Positions 48,373-58,161 of a stretch of 64,000 nt of DNA are shown in pieces. The DNA is from Planctomycetota bacterium (GTDB lineage: Bacteria > Planctomycetota > GCA-002687715 > CAIWVZ01), in NCBI GenBank assembly GCA_044222185.1, contig JBGANV010000001.1, forward strand, positions 1,664,001-1,728,000. The letters are read 5' to 3'. The notes under the pieces are model-generated. The model was not told the origin of the DNA, did not search any database, and saw only the letters and a program-made list of their open reading frames with translations. How positions within the stretch are numbered: the first letter of the stretch is position 1; every line of letters begins with the position of its first letter. Both the position numbers and the translations under genes were made by a program.

Positions 48373-48786
48373 GGAAACACCTTCCGAACCGAGCGCAGCC
48401 GCATCGGGTGCCTGATCAACCGTGCGTCGCACCGTCGGTTCCTCGCGCTGACGAGGTTCCCCATCGGAGGCGGCCTCGCGTTCCTGACGGGCAAACAGCT
48501 TCTCGTTCCTCGATCCTGGCCCAACGGCGCCCCGCAGGCCATCTCGGGTTCTCACGTTTCACGCACGCGTGGACACTATACACGAGCGGCGAAGCGCCGA
48601 TCCCCGCGACTGTGCGGCTCAGGTGCGGGATTAAGGCCCGACGCGCGAGCCGATCGCGCCGTCGGCGAGCCCCGCGACGGAGAATGACTGCCGGCATCGT
48701 TGGCCCCCGATCCGTCACGCATTCAGACTCTTGTCGCCGCACCGGGACGTTCCCCGACCTCCGAGGGTGGCGCAGAGGAGCCCGCG

Positions 48787-50049
48787 ATGTTCATCACGCA
48801 GCGTGCGGCGTGCGCTCTCATTCTCGTCACCGCAGGCGCCCTCGGACAGATCGAGCCGCTGACGAACGATTCCTGCACAACTCCATTGCCACTCGCCATC
48901 GGGATCAACCCCGCGCCCAGTGCATCCGGCCACACGTACACGAACAGCGGGGCGACGGACTCGCCCGGCTTCACGTCGTCGTGCCAGTCGAACGTGCACG
49001 CAGACGTCTTCTTCGCGTTCACGGCGCAGACGAGCGGGCCGCACGAGGTTCGGACGGACGCGCCCCCCGGGTTCGTGCCGGGCACGCTCTCGGACACGGT
49101 CCTCCAGGTCTTCAGCGGCTGCGGCGGATCCACGGAGCTCGCGTGCGACGACGACTCCGGTGCGGGACTGCTCTCCCGGATCGCCGCCGTGCCCCTCGTC
49201 GCGGGCATCACGTACACCATCCGCGTTTCGAGTTTCGGCGTGGGTCCGACGGGGACGTTCTACCTGCGCGTCAATCCCCCACCGGGGATCCCGGCTAACG
49301 ACACGTGCGCCGGAGCGTTCGCGTTGACCGACGGGACGTCCGTCGGATCGAACGCCGCCGCCACGTCGGATGCTCCCTCTCTTCCGCCCTCGAGTTGCGC
49401 CGTCGGCGACCGTCACGTGTGGTACGCGTACACGAACCCCGGCTCATGCGGTCGGACCGTGACCGTCTCGACCTGCGGTCCACAGACGAACTTCGACACC
49501 GTCCTCGCGGTCTACGGCGGGACGTGCGGGGCGCTCGTCGGAGTCGCGTGCAACGACGACACGTGCGGCACCCGCTCGACGGTGACGTTCGTCATCCCGC
49601 CAGGCGCGACACGCAGGATCTCCGTGGCGTCGTATTTCGCCTCCGGCGGGACGTTCGCATTGAGCGTCGCCTCGACGATCGCGCAGGCCGAATCGATGGG
49701 CGCCGCCTGCGGTGTGATCGCCCCGACCCTCGCCGGGGACCTTCCCCAGTTCGGCACGCAAGGCTCGCTGTGGATCGGCGGCGCGGAGGCGAATGCGGCG
49801 GGGCTGCTGGGTCTCAGCGCCCTCGGTATCCCGTCACCGCTGCCCGGGGGATGCACGCTCCAACTCGACGTGGGATCGGCGATCGTCCTCGCACCGGTCA
49901 CCATCGACGCATCCGGGAACTGGTCGTTGACCGCGACGATCCCCAATGACCCGGCGTTCGTGTGTTTCGAGGTCATGCTCCAGGCCGCCGTCAGCGGTCC
50001 GGCCGGCCTCTCGCTCACGAACGGCCTCCGACTCGTCCTGGGCCCCTGA
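48787..50049 (+). CDS. Secreted protein with two NDxC/PPC-like domains and C-terminal beta-sandwich module
   Basis: GAGGAG RBS, signal peptide (ALG-Q), two NDxC...DV[FW]..[FY]T...DTVL.V[FY].G.C...ACxDD repeats. Confidence 0.8.
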   Translation: MFITQRAACALILVTAGALGQIEPLTNDSCTTPLPLAIGINPAPSASGHTYTNSGATDSPGFTSSCQSNVHADVFFAFTAQTSGPHEVRTDAPPGFVPGTLSDTVLQVFSGCGGSTELACDDDSGAGLLSRIAAVPLVAGITYTIRVSSFGVGPTGTFYLRVNPPPGIPANDTCAGAFALTDGTSVGSNAAATSDAPSLPPSSCAVGDRHVWYAYTNPGSCGRTVTVSTCGPQTNFDTVLAVYGGTCGALVGVACNDDTCGTRSTVTFVIPPGATRRISVASYFASGGTFALSVASTIAQAESMGAACGVIAPTLAGDLPQFGTQGSLWIGGAEANAAGLLGLSALGIPSPLPGGCTLQLDVGSAIVLAPVTIDASGNWSLTATIPNDPAFVCFEVMLQAAVSGPAGLSLTNGLRLVLGP

Positions 50050-50074
50050 ACGACGTCGCCGGTAGAGTGTGAGC

Positions 50075-51238
50075 GTGACGACGACCGCACGCTTCGTGAT
50101 CGCACTTTGTCTCGTGGAGGCTGGCGCCGCTGCGGCGCAGGATCGGGCCTTCTCCATCCCGCTCGTCGACCTCGACGGGGCGAAGGAACGACAGGTCGTC
50201 GTCGACCGGGAGCATGGCCAGTATCTCGGACACCCGACGACGGCGCTTCTCGAGGACGGTCGAACCATGTTCTGCGTGTACCCGAAGGGGCATGGCGCAG
50301 GCGCCATCGTCCTCAAGCGCAGCGGGGACGGCGGTCTGTCGTGGTCCTCGCGTCTGGAGACACCGGCGAGTTGGTCGACGTCGCGCGAGACTCCGACGAT
50401 CTACCGAGTCACCGATGCGGCAGGACGCAAGAGGCTCGTCCTCTTCAGCGGCCTCCATCCCGTCCGCGAGTCCGTCAGCGAAGACGACGGTTCGACGTGG
50501 TCCGAGCTGAAGCCCGTCGGCGACTGGGGCGGCATCGTCGCCATGGCAAGTCTCGTCGAGCTCAGATCCGGTGCGGGCCACTACCTGGCGATGTTCCACG
50601 ATGACGGCCGGTTCATCGCGAACGCAGGCAAGTCCACGGGCGAGTTCACGCTCTACGGCACGCGTTCCCTCGATGGCGGGCTCTCGTGGACCGCGCCCGT
50701 GGCGATCTTTCGCTCACGGGAGATCCACCTCTGCGAACCGGGAGCCGTCCGCTCGCCCGACGGCAAGCGCATCGCCGTCCTTCTGCGGGAGAACAGCCGA
50801 CGGAAGAACTCCCACGTGATCGTCTCGGACGACGAAGGAACGACGTGGACCGCGCCGCGTGAGGTCTCGGCGGCGCTCACCGGTGATCGCCACGTCGCAC
50901 GCTACGGGGGCGACGGCCGGATCTTCGTCGCGTTCCGCGACGTGCCCCGCAAAGGCGTGCTCAGTCCGACGGCCGGAGACTGGGTCGGCTGGGTAGGAAC
51001 GTGGGACGACGTCGTGGCGGGCCGCGACGGCGCGTTGCGCGTTCGATTGAAGGACAACCACGACGCCTGGGACTGCGCCTACTCGGGGCTCGAGGTCCTT
51101 GGTGACGGGACCTTCGTGGCGACGACCTACGGTCATTGGACCGTGGGCGAAAAACCGTGGATCCTGGGCGTCCGATTCAGGCTGGAGGAGCTCGACGCGC
51201 TCGCGCGAACCGCGGATTCCCGGCCCACGTCGCGATAG
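50075..51238 (+). CDS. BNR/Asp-box (sialidase-like) protein
   Basis: Four Asp-boxes: SGDGGLSW, SEDDGSTW, SLDGGLSW, SDDEGTTW; signal peptide. Alternative start 50069. Confidence 0.85.
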   Translation: MTTTARFVIALCLVEAGAAAAQDRAFSIPLVDLDGAKERQVVVDREHGQYLGHPTTALLEDGRTMFCVYPKGHGAGAIVLKRSGDGGLSWSSRLETPASWSTSRETPTIYRVTDAAGRKRLVLFSGLHPVRESVSEDDGSTWSELKPVGDWGGIVAMASLVELRSGAGHYLAMFHDDGRFIANAGKSTGEFTLYGTRSLDGGLSWTAPVAIFRSREIHLCEPGAVRSPDGKRIAVLLRENSRRKNSHVIVSDDEGTTWTAPREVSAALTGDRHVARYGGDGRIFVAFRDVPRKGVLSPTAGDWVGWVGTWDDVVAGRDGALRVRLKDNHDAWDCAYSGLEVLGDGTFVATTYGHWTVGEKPWILGVRFRLEELDALARTADSRPTSR

Positions 51239-51244
51239 TCAGGC

Positions 51245-52543
51245 TCACGTGCAAACGTTGCGCAGGGTCGGAACGAACCCCGGAAGCACCGTGGAGAGCG
51301 CCGGCGTTCCCAGCCGATCGAGCAGGACTTCGGCCAGGATGTCTCGGTAATCGATGGTGATCGCCAGGTCCTGCCCCTGGAAAAGCTGCGCGGGCGCCAG
51401 TCCGGGCCAGTTTGCCACGACCTGCCCGCCAGCGACGCTCGCGCCCAGCAGCATCATCACGCCTCCGTAACCGTGATCCGTTCCGTGGTTGCCATTCTCG
51501 GCGGCGACGCGCCCGAACTCGGACATCACCACGACCGTGACGCCTGGGTCGCCGGAGGCGAACAGGTCGGCATGGAACGCCCCCATCGACGTGGCGAAGT
51601 CCGTCACGAGCGACGCCATCGTCCCGCTGAAAACACCCTGCGTGCCGTGGGTGTCCCAGTCGCGGAAGTCGACGGTCGCCACCTCGATGCCGACCTGCGC
51701 CTTGAGCAGAGTCGCCAGATTCTTCAGGGAGACTCCGAGCGGAGTCGACGGGTAAATCGCACCACCAGCCGGCTGGTATCCGTTGAAGTCGATCTGCCCG
51801 ATCAGGTCGATGGCCGCCAGGGTGTTGGCGCCCGCAGCCTGGACGAGCGGCTCCTGCATCGCATACAGCGCGCCGAGGATCTGGCGGCGCTGCGCCGCGC
51901 TGGCCGCACTGCCAGCAAGCCCGAACGTGGCGAGGTCGGCGATCGGCAGAGACTTGGGCGCGGCACCCATGGACCACGGCGGGATCACGCCGAGTGAGAC
52001 TCCGCGAAGAGGTGCCGACGGATCGAGGGGGGCGATCGTCGAGAGGTGCCGCGCGAGCCACCCCGATCCGGCACTCGGGTTCGGGTCGGCCACCTCGACG
52101 AGGCGTTCCTTGTCGAAGTGCGAGCGCGACGGATTCGGCAGACCGGTGGCGTGAACGAATGCGAGGCGCCCGGCGTTCCACGCGGGCAAGAGCGGCGCGA
52201 GCAACGGGTGCATGCCGAAGAAGCCGGTGAGCGGGATCGCCGCATTGGGCGACCCTGGCGACGGCGGCGGCACGGCGAGCGTCGGACGCAGCGTGTAGTA
52301 GTGCGGATCCGCGAACGGGACACAGAGGTCCAGTCCGTCCGCCCCACCGCGAAGGAAGATCACGACGAGCCGATCCCGGTTTCCTCTTCGACGTCGCTCC
52401 GGACGCGACGGAGCTCCGGAGGCCGAAGGCGTGATCGCCGCGGCGGCCGCCAGGGCCGTCGCCGCAGTCGTACCGAGGAACTGGCGGCGGCTGAGTCGAT
52501 GCGTTTCCATCGAGGTTCGGCGATCGGGACGATTGGAGTTCAT
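51245..52543 (-). CDS. DUF1501 domain protein (Tat signal)
   Basis: SRRQFLG, FLRGGADGL, RSHF, WDTH, SEFGR...ENG..GTDHG motifs; GGAAGG RBS before ATG 52543. Confidence 0.92.
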   Translation of the reverse strand: MNSNRPDRRTSMETHRLSRRQFLGTTAATALAAAAAITPSASGAPSRPERRRRGNRDRLVVIFLRGGADGLDLCVPFADPHYYTLRPTLAVPPPSPGSPNAAIPLTGFFGMHPLLAPLLPAWNAGRLAFVHATGLPNPSRSHFDKERLVEVADPNPSAGSGWLARHLSTIAPLDPSAPLRGVSLGVIPPWSMGAAPKSLPIADLATFGLAGSAASAAQRRQILGALYAMQEPLVQAAGANTLAAIDLIGQIDFNGYQPAGGAIYPSTPLGVSLKNLATLLKAQVGIEVATVDFRDWDTHGTQGVFSGTMASLVTDFATSMGAFHADLFASGDPGVTVVVMSEFGRVAAENGNHGTDHGYGGVMMLLGASVAGGQVVANWPGLAPAQLFQGQDLAITIDYRDILAEVLLDRLGTPALSTVLPGFVPTLRNVCT

Positions 52544-52595
52544 GGGATGCACCTTCCGCGCGGCGATCGACTCGTCGCCGCGACCGTACCTGGAG

Positions 52596-53939
52596 TCAGA
52601 TGTACTGAACGGACGGAAAGGCCGCGGCCAGACCCGCCGCGTCGACCTTCTTCTGCTGCGTGAGCGCGCCGGTGGCGAGGAAAGTCGTGAGCTGCGTCCG
52701 CTCGGCCGCCGGCATCTCGCTCCCGAACCAGGTCGCATCGATGCGATCGACGACTTGCACCACGGTCGACGTTCCGGCGAAGAAGGTCGTCAGGTTCGCC
52801 GTGGTGTCCCAGATCACCCCGGAGAACAACGTGGGCGCCGCGTTCCACCGGGGAAGTACCTGTCCCGCCCACTGCGCGATCCCATCGGGGTATCCGGTGG
52901 GTGGATGGCATTGATAGGGAACCTGTCCCGCGGCGGCGATGTAGCTGCGGATCCAGTTCGTCCCGGTGAACGTGAGGGAGAGCGGCCGCAGGATCGACAT
53001 CCAATAGTGGAAAGGGCGTTTGTACTTGGGTCGCGCAGCCGCCAGATGCTCGGCCTTCAGGCAGGTGCGGATCATCGCGCGGATGTCGCCCCCCGTGTCC
53101 AGGTACGCGTCGCGGACCGCATCCACGACGCGCTGGGCGACCGTCTCCCCGTGGAAGAAGCGGGCGAGCTTCTTCGCGACGAACGCCGCGGTGTTCGGAT
53201 GATCGGCGAGGATGTCCAGGACCTTGAACCCGTCCTGCATGCCGCCACCGGCGGCAATCACGTTCCCCAGAACGACCTTCTGCCCGTTGTCGTGCGCTGC
53301 GGGGTCGAAGTGGAACAACGCCGACGTCGGCGAACTCCCGAAGCCGTTCAATCCCCACCCGGTGAAGCAGCGGGCCACCTCGATGACGTCCTGCTGCGTG
53401 TAGCCGTTGTCGACGCCGAGCGTGTGAAGCTCCAGCAGCTCTCGCGCGTAGTTCTGGTTCGGCTGGATCGCCGTGCTGAGTTGGTTGTCGAGATAGAACA
53501 TCATCGCCGGCGACGTCGCGACGGCACGAAGCAGGCTCGGAAACGTGCCCATCGCGTTCGGCCGGATCGTGAGTCGGTCGTAGACGGGCTGCGTGTTCCA
53601 CACGTAGGGCTTGGTGATGTCGACGTTGAAGTGGTCCGTCCAGAACTCGACGACGCGTTCGAAGAGCTGGCGCGCCGAGTACAGGCTCCGCATCACCTGG
53701 GCTTCGTACATGAGCCCGACGACGGTGACGTCGGACCACGCCCAAAGCTGTGCCGACGTCATCGGCAGGATCTGGTTCGGCGCGAGGATCGCGTCGCACG
53801 CCGAGTCGTCGATCGCCGTGGGGTCGAGCTGCTGATCGAGCCAACCCTGGTACCCGAGCGACGTCACGGCCGTGACGTCCGCCGGCGTGATCCCCATGGT
53901 CCCCCGCCGCAAGAGCTTCTTCCTGAGATCAGCTGGCAT
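52596..53939 (-). CDS. DUF1800 domain protein
   Basis: QL.ER..EFW..HF, PAM..YLD, N.NYARELLELHTLG, ARCFTGW, HP.TA.F...KL motifs; adjacent to DUF1501. Confidence 0.92.
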   Translation of the reverse strand: MPADLRKKLLRRGTMGITPADVTAVTSLGYQGWLDQQLDPTAIDDSACDAILAPNQILPMTSAQLWAWSDVTVVGLMYEAQVMRSLYSARQLFERVVEFWTDHFNVDITKPYVWNTQPVYDRLTIRPNAMGTFPSLLRAVATSPAMMFYLDNQLSTAIQPNQNYARELLELHTLGVDNGYTQQDVIEVARCFTGWGLNGFGSSPTSALFHFDPAAHDNGQKVVLGNVIAAGGGMQDGFKVLDILADHPNTAAFVAKKLARFFHGETVAQRVVDAVRDAYLDTGGDIRAMIRTCLKAEHLAAARPKYKRPFHYWMSILRPLSLTFTGTNWIRSYIAAAGQVPYQCHPPTGYPDGIAQWAGQVLPRWNAAPTLFSGVIWDTTANLTTFFAGTSTVVQVVDRIDATWFGSEMPAAERTQLTTFLATGALTQQKKVDAAGLAAAFPSVQYI

Positions 53940-54262
53940 GGTCTGCGAGCCTCGTTCGGGTGATCCGGGTCTCGGGACGGAGGGGATCCGCCGACGACAC
54001 CGCCATCGCGCCTTCACGCCGCGACGTGAAGGCGACGGCCCGTCTGATGGAACAATGCACGAGGTGTGGAGATCCAACGCGGTTTTCGGATGGGCTCGCC
54101 CGTGCACCGTTCGGTGCGACCGCCGCGGCCCCGGCGCGACGAACACGGCCCGCCGCGGCGCCCCGTCGATCGCCGGCGCTCCAGTTGACATCTTCATGAG
54201 CCGGTTCATGATCTGGACGATCGCGCCCGACCCACACGCGCCGCGACTCCACGCGCCCGACG

Positions 54263-54856
54263 ATGAGCTCAGCTCCAACGCAAATACACGACACGCTCGC
54301 GCGCTGGCAGGAGCACGGCGACGTCGACGCGCTCGACGTCATCCTGCGGACGGAGATCCGCGCCCTGCGCGACCTCGTCGCCACGCACGGGCAGACGATC
54401 CTCACGGGCTCGACGGGCCCTTCCGACATCGCGCAGCAAGCCGTCCTGAGACTGCTCCAGATGGAATCTCCGCCCGTGTTTCGCGACGTGTCGAGCATGC
54501 GGGCGTACTTGTGGCTCACCGCCTGGCGCCTCTTGCTTCAGCGGCTGCGCCGCCCGGTGCGGCGCCTGACGAGGATCGATGAGTCCGTCCTCGACAATCT
54601 GGAGGACCCGGCGCAGGCCGAAGACCTGGCTCTGCGCCTGAGTCAGAGCGAGCGTGATCTCGCGCTCCAAGTCGCCGTCAATCTCCTCCCCGATGCGGAC
54701 CGCGAGATCATCGAGTGGGTCTACTTCGAGAAGACGAGCGTGCAGGAGGTGGCGGCCCGGATCGGCATGACCGAGTCGGCGACGTCGATGCGCCTCACGC
54801 GAGCGCGCCGCAAGCTCGCCGCCCGTCTCGAGGCATGGAAAGAAACGCTCCCGTGA
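54263..54856 (+). CDS. ECF sigma factor (kinase-associated type)
   Basis: GD.DAL, SDIAQ, AYL (region 2); LP..DREII...E.A..IG.TESA..MRL.RAR (region 4); GTGA overlap with the kinase gene. Confidence 0.85.
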   Translation: MSSAPTQIHDTLARWQEHGDVDALDVILRTEIRALRDLVATHGQTILTGSTGPSDIAQQAVLRLLQMESPPVFRDVSSMRAYLWLTAWRLLLQRLRRPVRRLTRIDESVLDNLEDPAQAEDLALRLSQSERDLALQVAVNLLPDADREIIEWVYFEKTSVQEVAARIGMTESATSMRLTRARRKLAARLEAWKETLP

Positions 54857-57800
54857 GCGGGGGCGCCGGGGACTCATCCTCGGGTTCGACGGCAGACGAG
54901 CTACTCCATCGAATGCTCTCCGGTGATGCCGTGGACATCCCCGCGGAGCTCGCGCGTCGCCCGGAGGTCGCTGGCGACGACCGGCGGATGCTGGAGAACG
55001 TGGGCGCACTGCTCGGACACGCGCCGCGCGCCAACGCCGACGCGGCGGGCCTCCCGCTCGGGTTGACGATCGGCGGCTTCAAGCTCGTGAGGAAACTCGG
55101 CGCGGGCGGGATGGGGACCGTCTACCTCGCAGAAGACCCCGCCACCGCACGCCACGTCGCCGTGAAGGTCCTACGTCCGGCAGTCGTCTGGTCGGAGGAG
55201 GTCCTCGCACGTTTCGACCGCGAGGCCCGGGCGCTGAGCCGAATCAAACACCCCTCCATCGTGCGATCGATCGGCTTCGGCGACGAGCGCGGCATCCGGT
55301 TCCTCGCCATGGAGTACGTCGACGGGCACGACCTCTCCGAGCTCCTCGCCGACGCGGAGAAGGCGCGCGCGCCGATTCCGTTGTCGCGCGTCCTCCATTG
55401 GTTCGCCGAGCTCGCTCGCGCCCTCGACGCCGCGCACTCCGCGGGGGTCATCCACCGCGACATCAAGCCGTCGAACATCCGGATCGCCGAGGACGGGCAC
55501 GCCGTCCTCATCGACTTCGGGCTGGTGAAGGCCGACGCCGACGCGAGCCTCACGATGACCGACGAGTTCCTGGGTTCGCCGCGCTATGCGTCCCCGGAAC
55601 AGCTCGGGTTCGGCCGCGCTCCCGTCGACGCGCGCTCGGACGTGTATTCGCTCGGAGTCTCGCTCTACGAGGCCGTCACGGGTCTTCAGCCGTTCCGTGG
55701 CCGCACGCCCGATGCGGTCCTCCCGCAGATCCTCTCCGGCGACTTCGAAACGCCGCGGAGGATCCGGGGCGAGATCTCGCGGGACCTCGAAGCGGTGATC
55801 CTGAAGGCCATCGAGCTGGATCCGGCCAGCCGTTACCAGTCGGCGGCCGCGTTCGCGGCGGACCTGGAATCCGTCATCGAGCTACGCACGCCCATGGCGC
55901 AGGTCCTGGGGCCGTTGCGAAGGTTCAGGCGGTGGACACGCAGGCGTCCCACGCGCGCAGCTCTCCTCGGGGGTGTGGTCATCGCGATCGCGGCCGGGGC
56001 GGCGTGGTACGGCGCCGTGCGATGGCGCAGCAGCCGAATCGTCGCATCGCTCGTCTCGAGCTCGTTGGCTTCGATCGAATCGGGCGACGTCGATCGCGCG
56101 ACGACGCTCCTGGACGATGCCCTGCGGCTCGATCCGTACGACACCCGCGCTCTCGTCGCGCGTGATTCGGCACTGCAAGCCAAGCGGAAGGCCGCAGCCG
56201 CGACCTTGGTTTCGGCCGCGCGCGCGGCTCGATCGCGCTTTCTCGCACTTCGCGATGAGCTGGCGACGATCGAGGCGACGCTCGAGGCCCTCCGTATCGA
56301 CATGGAACTCCGAAGCCTCACGCGCGAGGAACTCGACGTCGTCGAGCGGAGCGGCGGCAGCACTCGGAGTCAGCGCATCGAGGCGGAGGCCTCGTTCAAC
56401 GAGGCGACGGCGCTGGCGACGCGCGCCCTGGGGCTCGATCCCGAGTGTGGAGATGCCCGCTCCCTGCTCGCCGACCTCTATTTCGAACGTTGGAGCGAGG
56501 CCACGCGGTCCGGTGACGCCTCCGCCGCGGCGCGATGGTCGGCCCAGGTTCGTGATTTCGATCGCGAGGGACGACACCGTGATCGAATGAACCGGCACGT
56601 CGACGTGCGGTTCACGTCTGACCCGCCGGGAGCCGTCGTCCACTTGTTCCGCTATCGGGAGCAACGCGAGATCCGGCCCGCCGGAACACGACGGCTCATC
56701 CCCGTGCCGTGGGTTCCAGGCGGCGCGGCCGTCCGGCCGCCGACCGTGGAGCCCGGCACGACCTGCCTGCGAGTCCTGAACACGACCCAGGGGCTTGCAC
56801 GGGAAGACATCATCGTCGAGGTCGCGGGCATCCCGGTCGAAGGTGCCGTGTTCGCCGTGATCCACGACCGCTCGAGCCACGAGATTTCGCGAGTGAGGAC
56901 GATCGACGGAGAGCCCGTGATCGACGCCTGGGATGCCCTGCTGCGGATCCAGAACCCGCGCCCCACGGGCGACGCCCACGTGATCGCGATCAGCGACGGC
57001 GCGGACGACCGGGAGATCAGCGCGACCGATGCCGATCACTGCCCCGTCGATTTCGGCAACGCGGAGGCGGCGGTTCTCGTGCCAGGCGTGTCCGCGAAGC
57101 TGTGGCGCGACGGCAGGCTCGAGGAGCGAACGCTGCCGGGGAACGTGCGCGCCGTTCGAACGGCAGCGCCGCTTCTCGTCTCGGATGATTGCCGCGTGGG
57201 AGCGACGCCGACGCCGATCGTCGCGCTCGACCCCGGAAGCTGGATCGCGGTGGTCAGCGCGCCGGGATTCGAGACGCAGCGCTACCCGTTCCTCGTGGAC
57301 GACGAGTCGACGGAGATCCACGTCACGTTGCTCCCGTCAGGGTCGACTCCCGCGTGGATGCAGTGGATTCCTCCGGGACGCTCGCGGCTCGGCGCCCGCT
57401 CGGGGCTCGGGCGCGGTCAGCTCCCGGATCGCGTCCGCGACGTGCCGGGATTCTGGATGATGGTTCGAGAGCTCGTCGTGAGCGACGTCATCCCATTCCT
57501 GAACGATCCCTCCGTCTCCGGTGAATTGAAGGCAAAGCCGAGGGTGGTGCTCTCCTTCGGATCCAATGCGCCGACGATGTGGGATCGGTGGCTGCAGCAG
57601 GTCGACGGCGAATGGCGCGCGCGGCCCGGATCGGAAGCCCAACCCGTGAATGCCTTCGACCTGCGCCAGGCGCGAGCGTACGCGAACTGGTGCACCGAGC
57701 GGTACGCAGCCCCGAACCGTCGGCGCGCGTTCGGGGTCCCGACCGACGTGGAGTGGGAGCGCGCGGCTCGCGGCGTCGACGCGCGGGACTTTCCCTACGG

Positions 57801-58107
57801 CAACACGTTCTCGCCCCGATGGCAGAAGGGCGGCAGCTCCCGTGCGAACCAGATGATCGAGTCCTACGCGCAGTTCCCCGTCGATGAATCGGTCTTCGGG
57901 ATCTACGACATGGCCGGGTCCATGCTCGAGCCCGTCATTCCGACGGAGAGCTGGGACCCGGCCGTCGCCGGCTTCGACGCGACGATCCTCCGCGGGACGC
58001 CGTGGTCCTACCGGATCCCCCGCAAGATCTGGCGCTCGACCTGGAGCGAGAAGGGTGTCCCGAGCGTCGACGCCGGCGTGCGCCTCGTCATTCGCCCGGG
58101 GTCGTGA
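54853..58107 (+). CDS. Membrane Ser/Thr protein kinase with TPR-like, PEGA-like and degenerate FGE-sulfatase domains
   Basis: LGAGGMG, VAVK, HRDIKPSN, DFG, GSPRYASPEQ; TM; SDPPGA.V; PT..EWE.AARG.D.R.FPYG; G.YDMAG. Start GTG 54853. Confidence 0.9.
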   Translation: MSGGAGDSSSGSTADELLHRMLSGDAVDIPAELARRPEVAGDDRRMLENVGALLGHAPRANADAAGLPLGLTIGGFKLVRKLGAGGMGTVYLAEDPATARHVAVKVLRPAVVWSEEVLARFDREARALSRIKHPSIVRSIGFGDERGIRFLAMEYVDGHDLSELLADAEKARAPIPLSRVLHWFAELARALDAAHSAGVIHRDIKPSNIRIAEDGHAVLIDFGLVKADADASLTMTDEFLGSPRYASPEQLGFGRAPVDARSDVYSLGVSLYEAVTGLQPFRGRTPDAVLPQILSGDFETPRRIRGEISRDLEAVILKAIELDPASRYQSAAAFAADLESVIELRTPMAQVLGPLRRFRRWTRRRPTRAALLGGVVIAIAAGAAWYGAVRWRSSRIVASLVSSSLASIESGDVDRATTLLDDALRLDPYDTRALVARDSALQAKRKAAAATLVSAARAARSRFLALRDELATIEATLEALRIDMELRSLTREELDVVERSGGSTRSQRIEAEASFNEATALATRALGLDPECGDARSLLADLYFERWSEATRSGDASAAARWSAQVRDFDREGRHRDRMNRHVDVRFTSDPPGAVVHLFRYREQREIRPAGTRRLIPVPWVPGGAAVRPPTVEPGTTCLRVLNTTQGLAREDIIVEVAGIPVEGAVFAVIHDRSSHEISRVRTIDGEPVIDAWDALLRIQNPRPTGDAHVIAISDGADDREISATDADHCPVDFGNAEAAVLVPGVSAKLWRDGRLEERTLPGNVRAVRTAAPLLVSDDCRVGATPTPIVALDPGSWIAVVSAPGFETQRYPFLVDDESTEIHVTLLPSGSTPAWMQWIPPGRSRLGARSGLGRGQLPDRVRDVPGFWMMVRELVVSDVIPFLNDPSVSGELKAKPRVVLSFGSNAPTMWDRWLQQVDGEWRARPGSEAQPVNAFDLRQARAYANWCTERYAAPNRRRAFGVPTDVEWERAARGVDARDFPYGNTFSPRWQKGGSSRANQMIESYAQFPVDESVFGIYDMAGSMLEPVIPTESWDPAVAGFDATILRGTPWSYRIPRKIWRSTWSEKGVPSVDAGVRLVIRPGS

Positions 58108-58161
58108 CGGAACCGCGCGACCAAACGGTACCCCGCAGCACGGGGCAGCGCGTTCGTCCGA

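Noticed and set aside
51245-53939. DUF1800-DUF1501 pair as a novel system
   Set aside because: A very widespread conserved pair with nothing unusual here.
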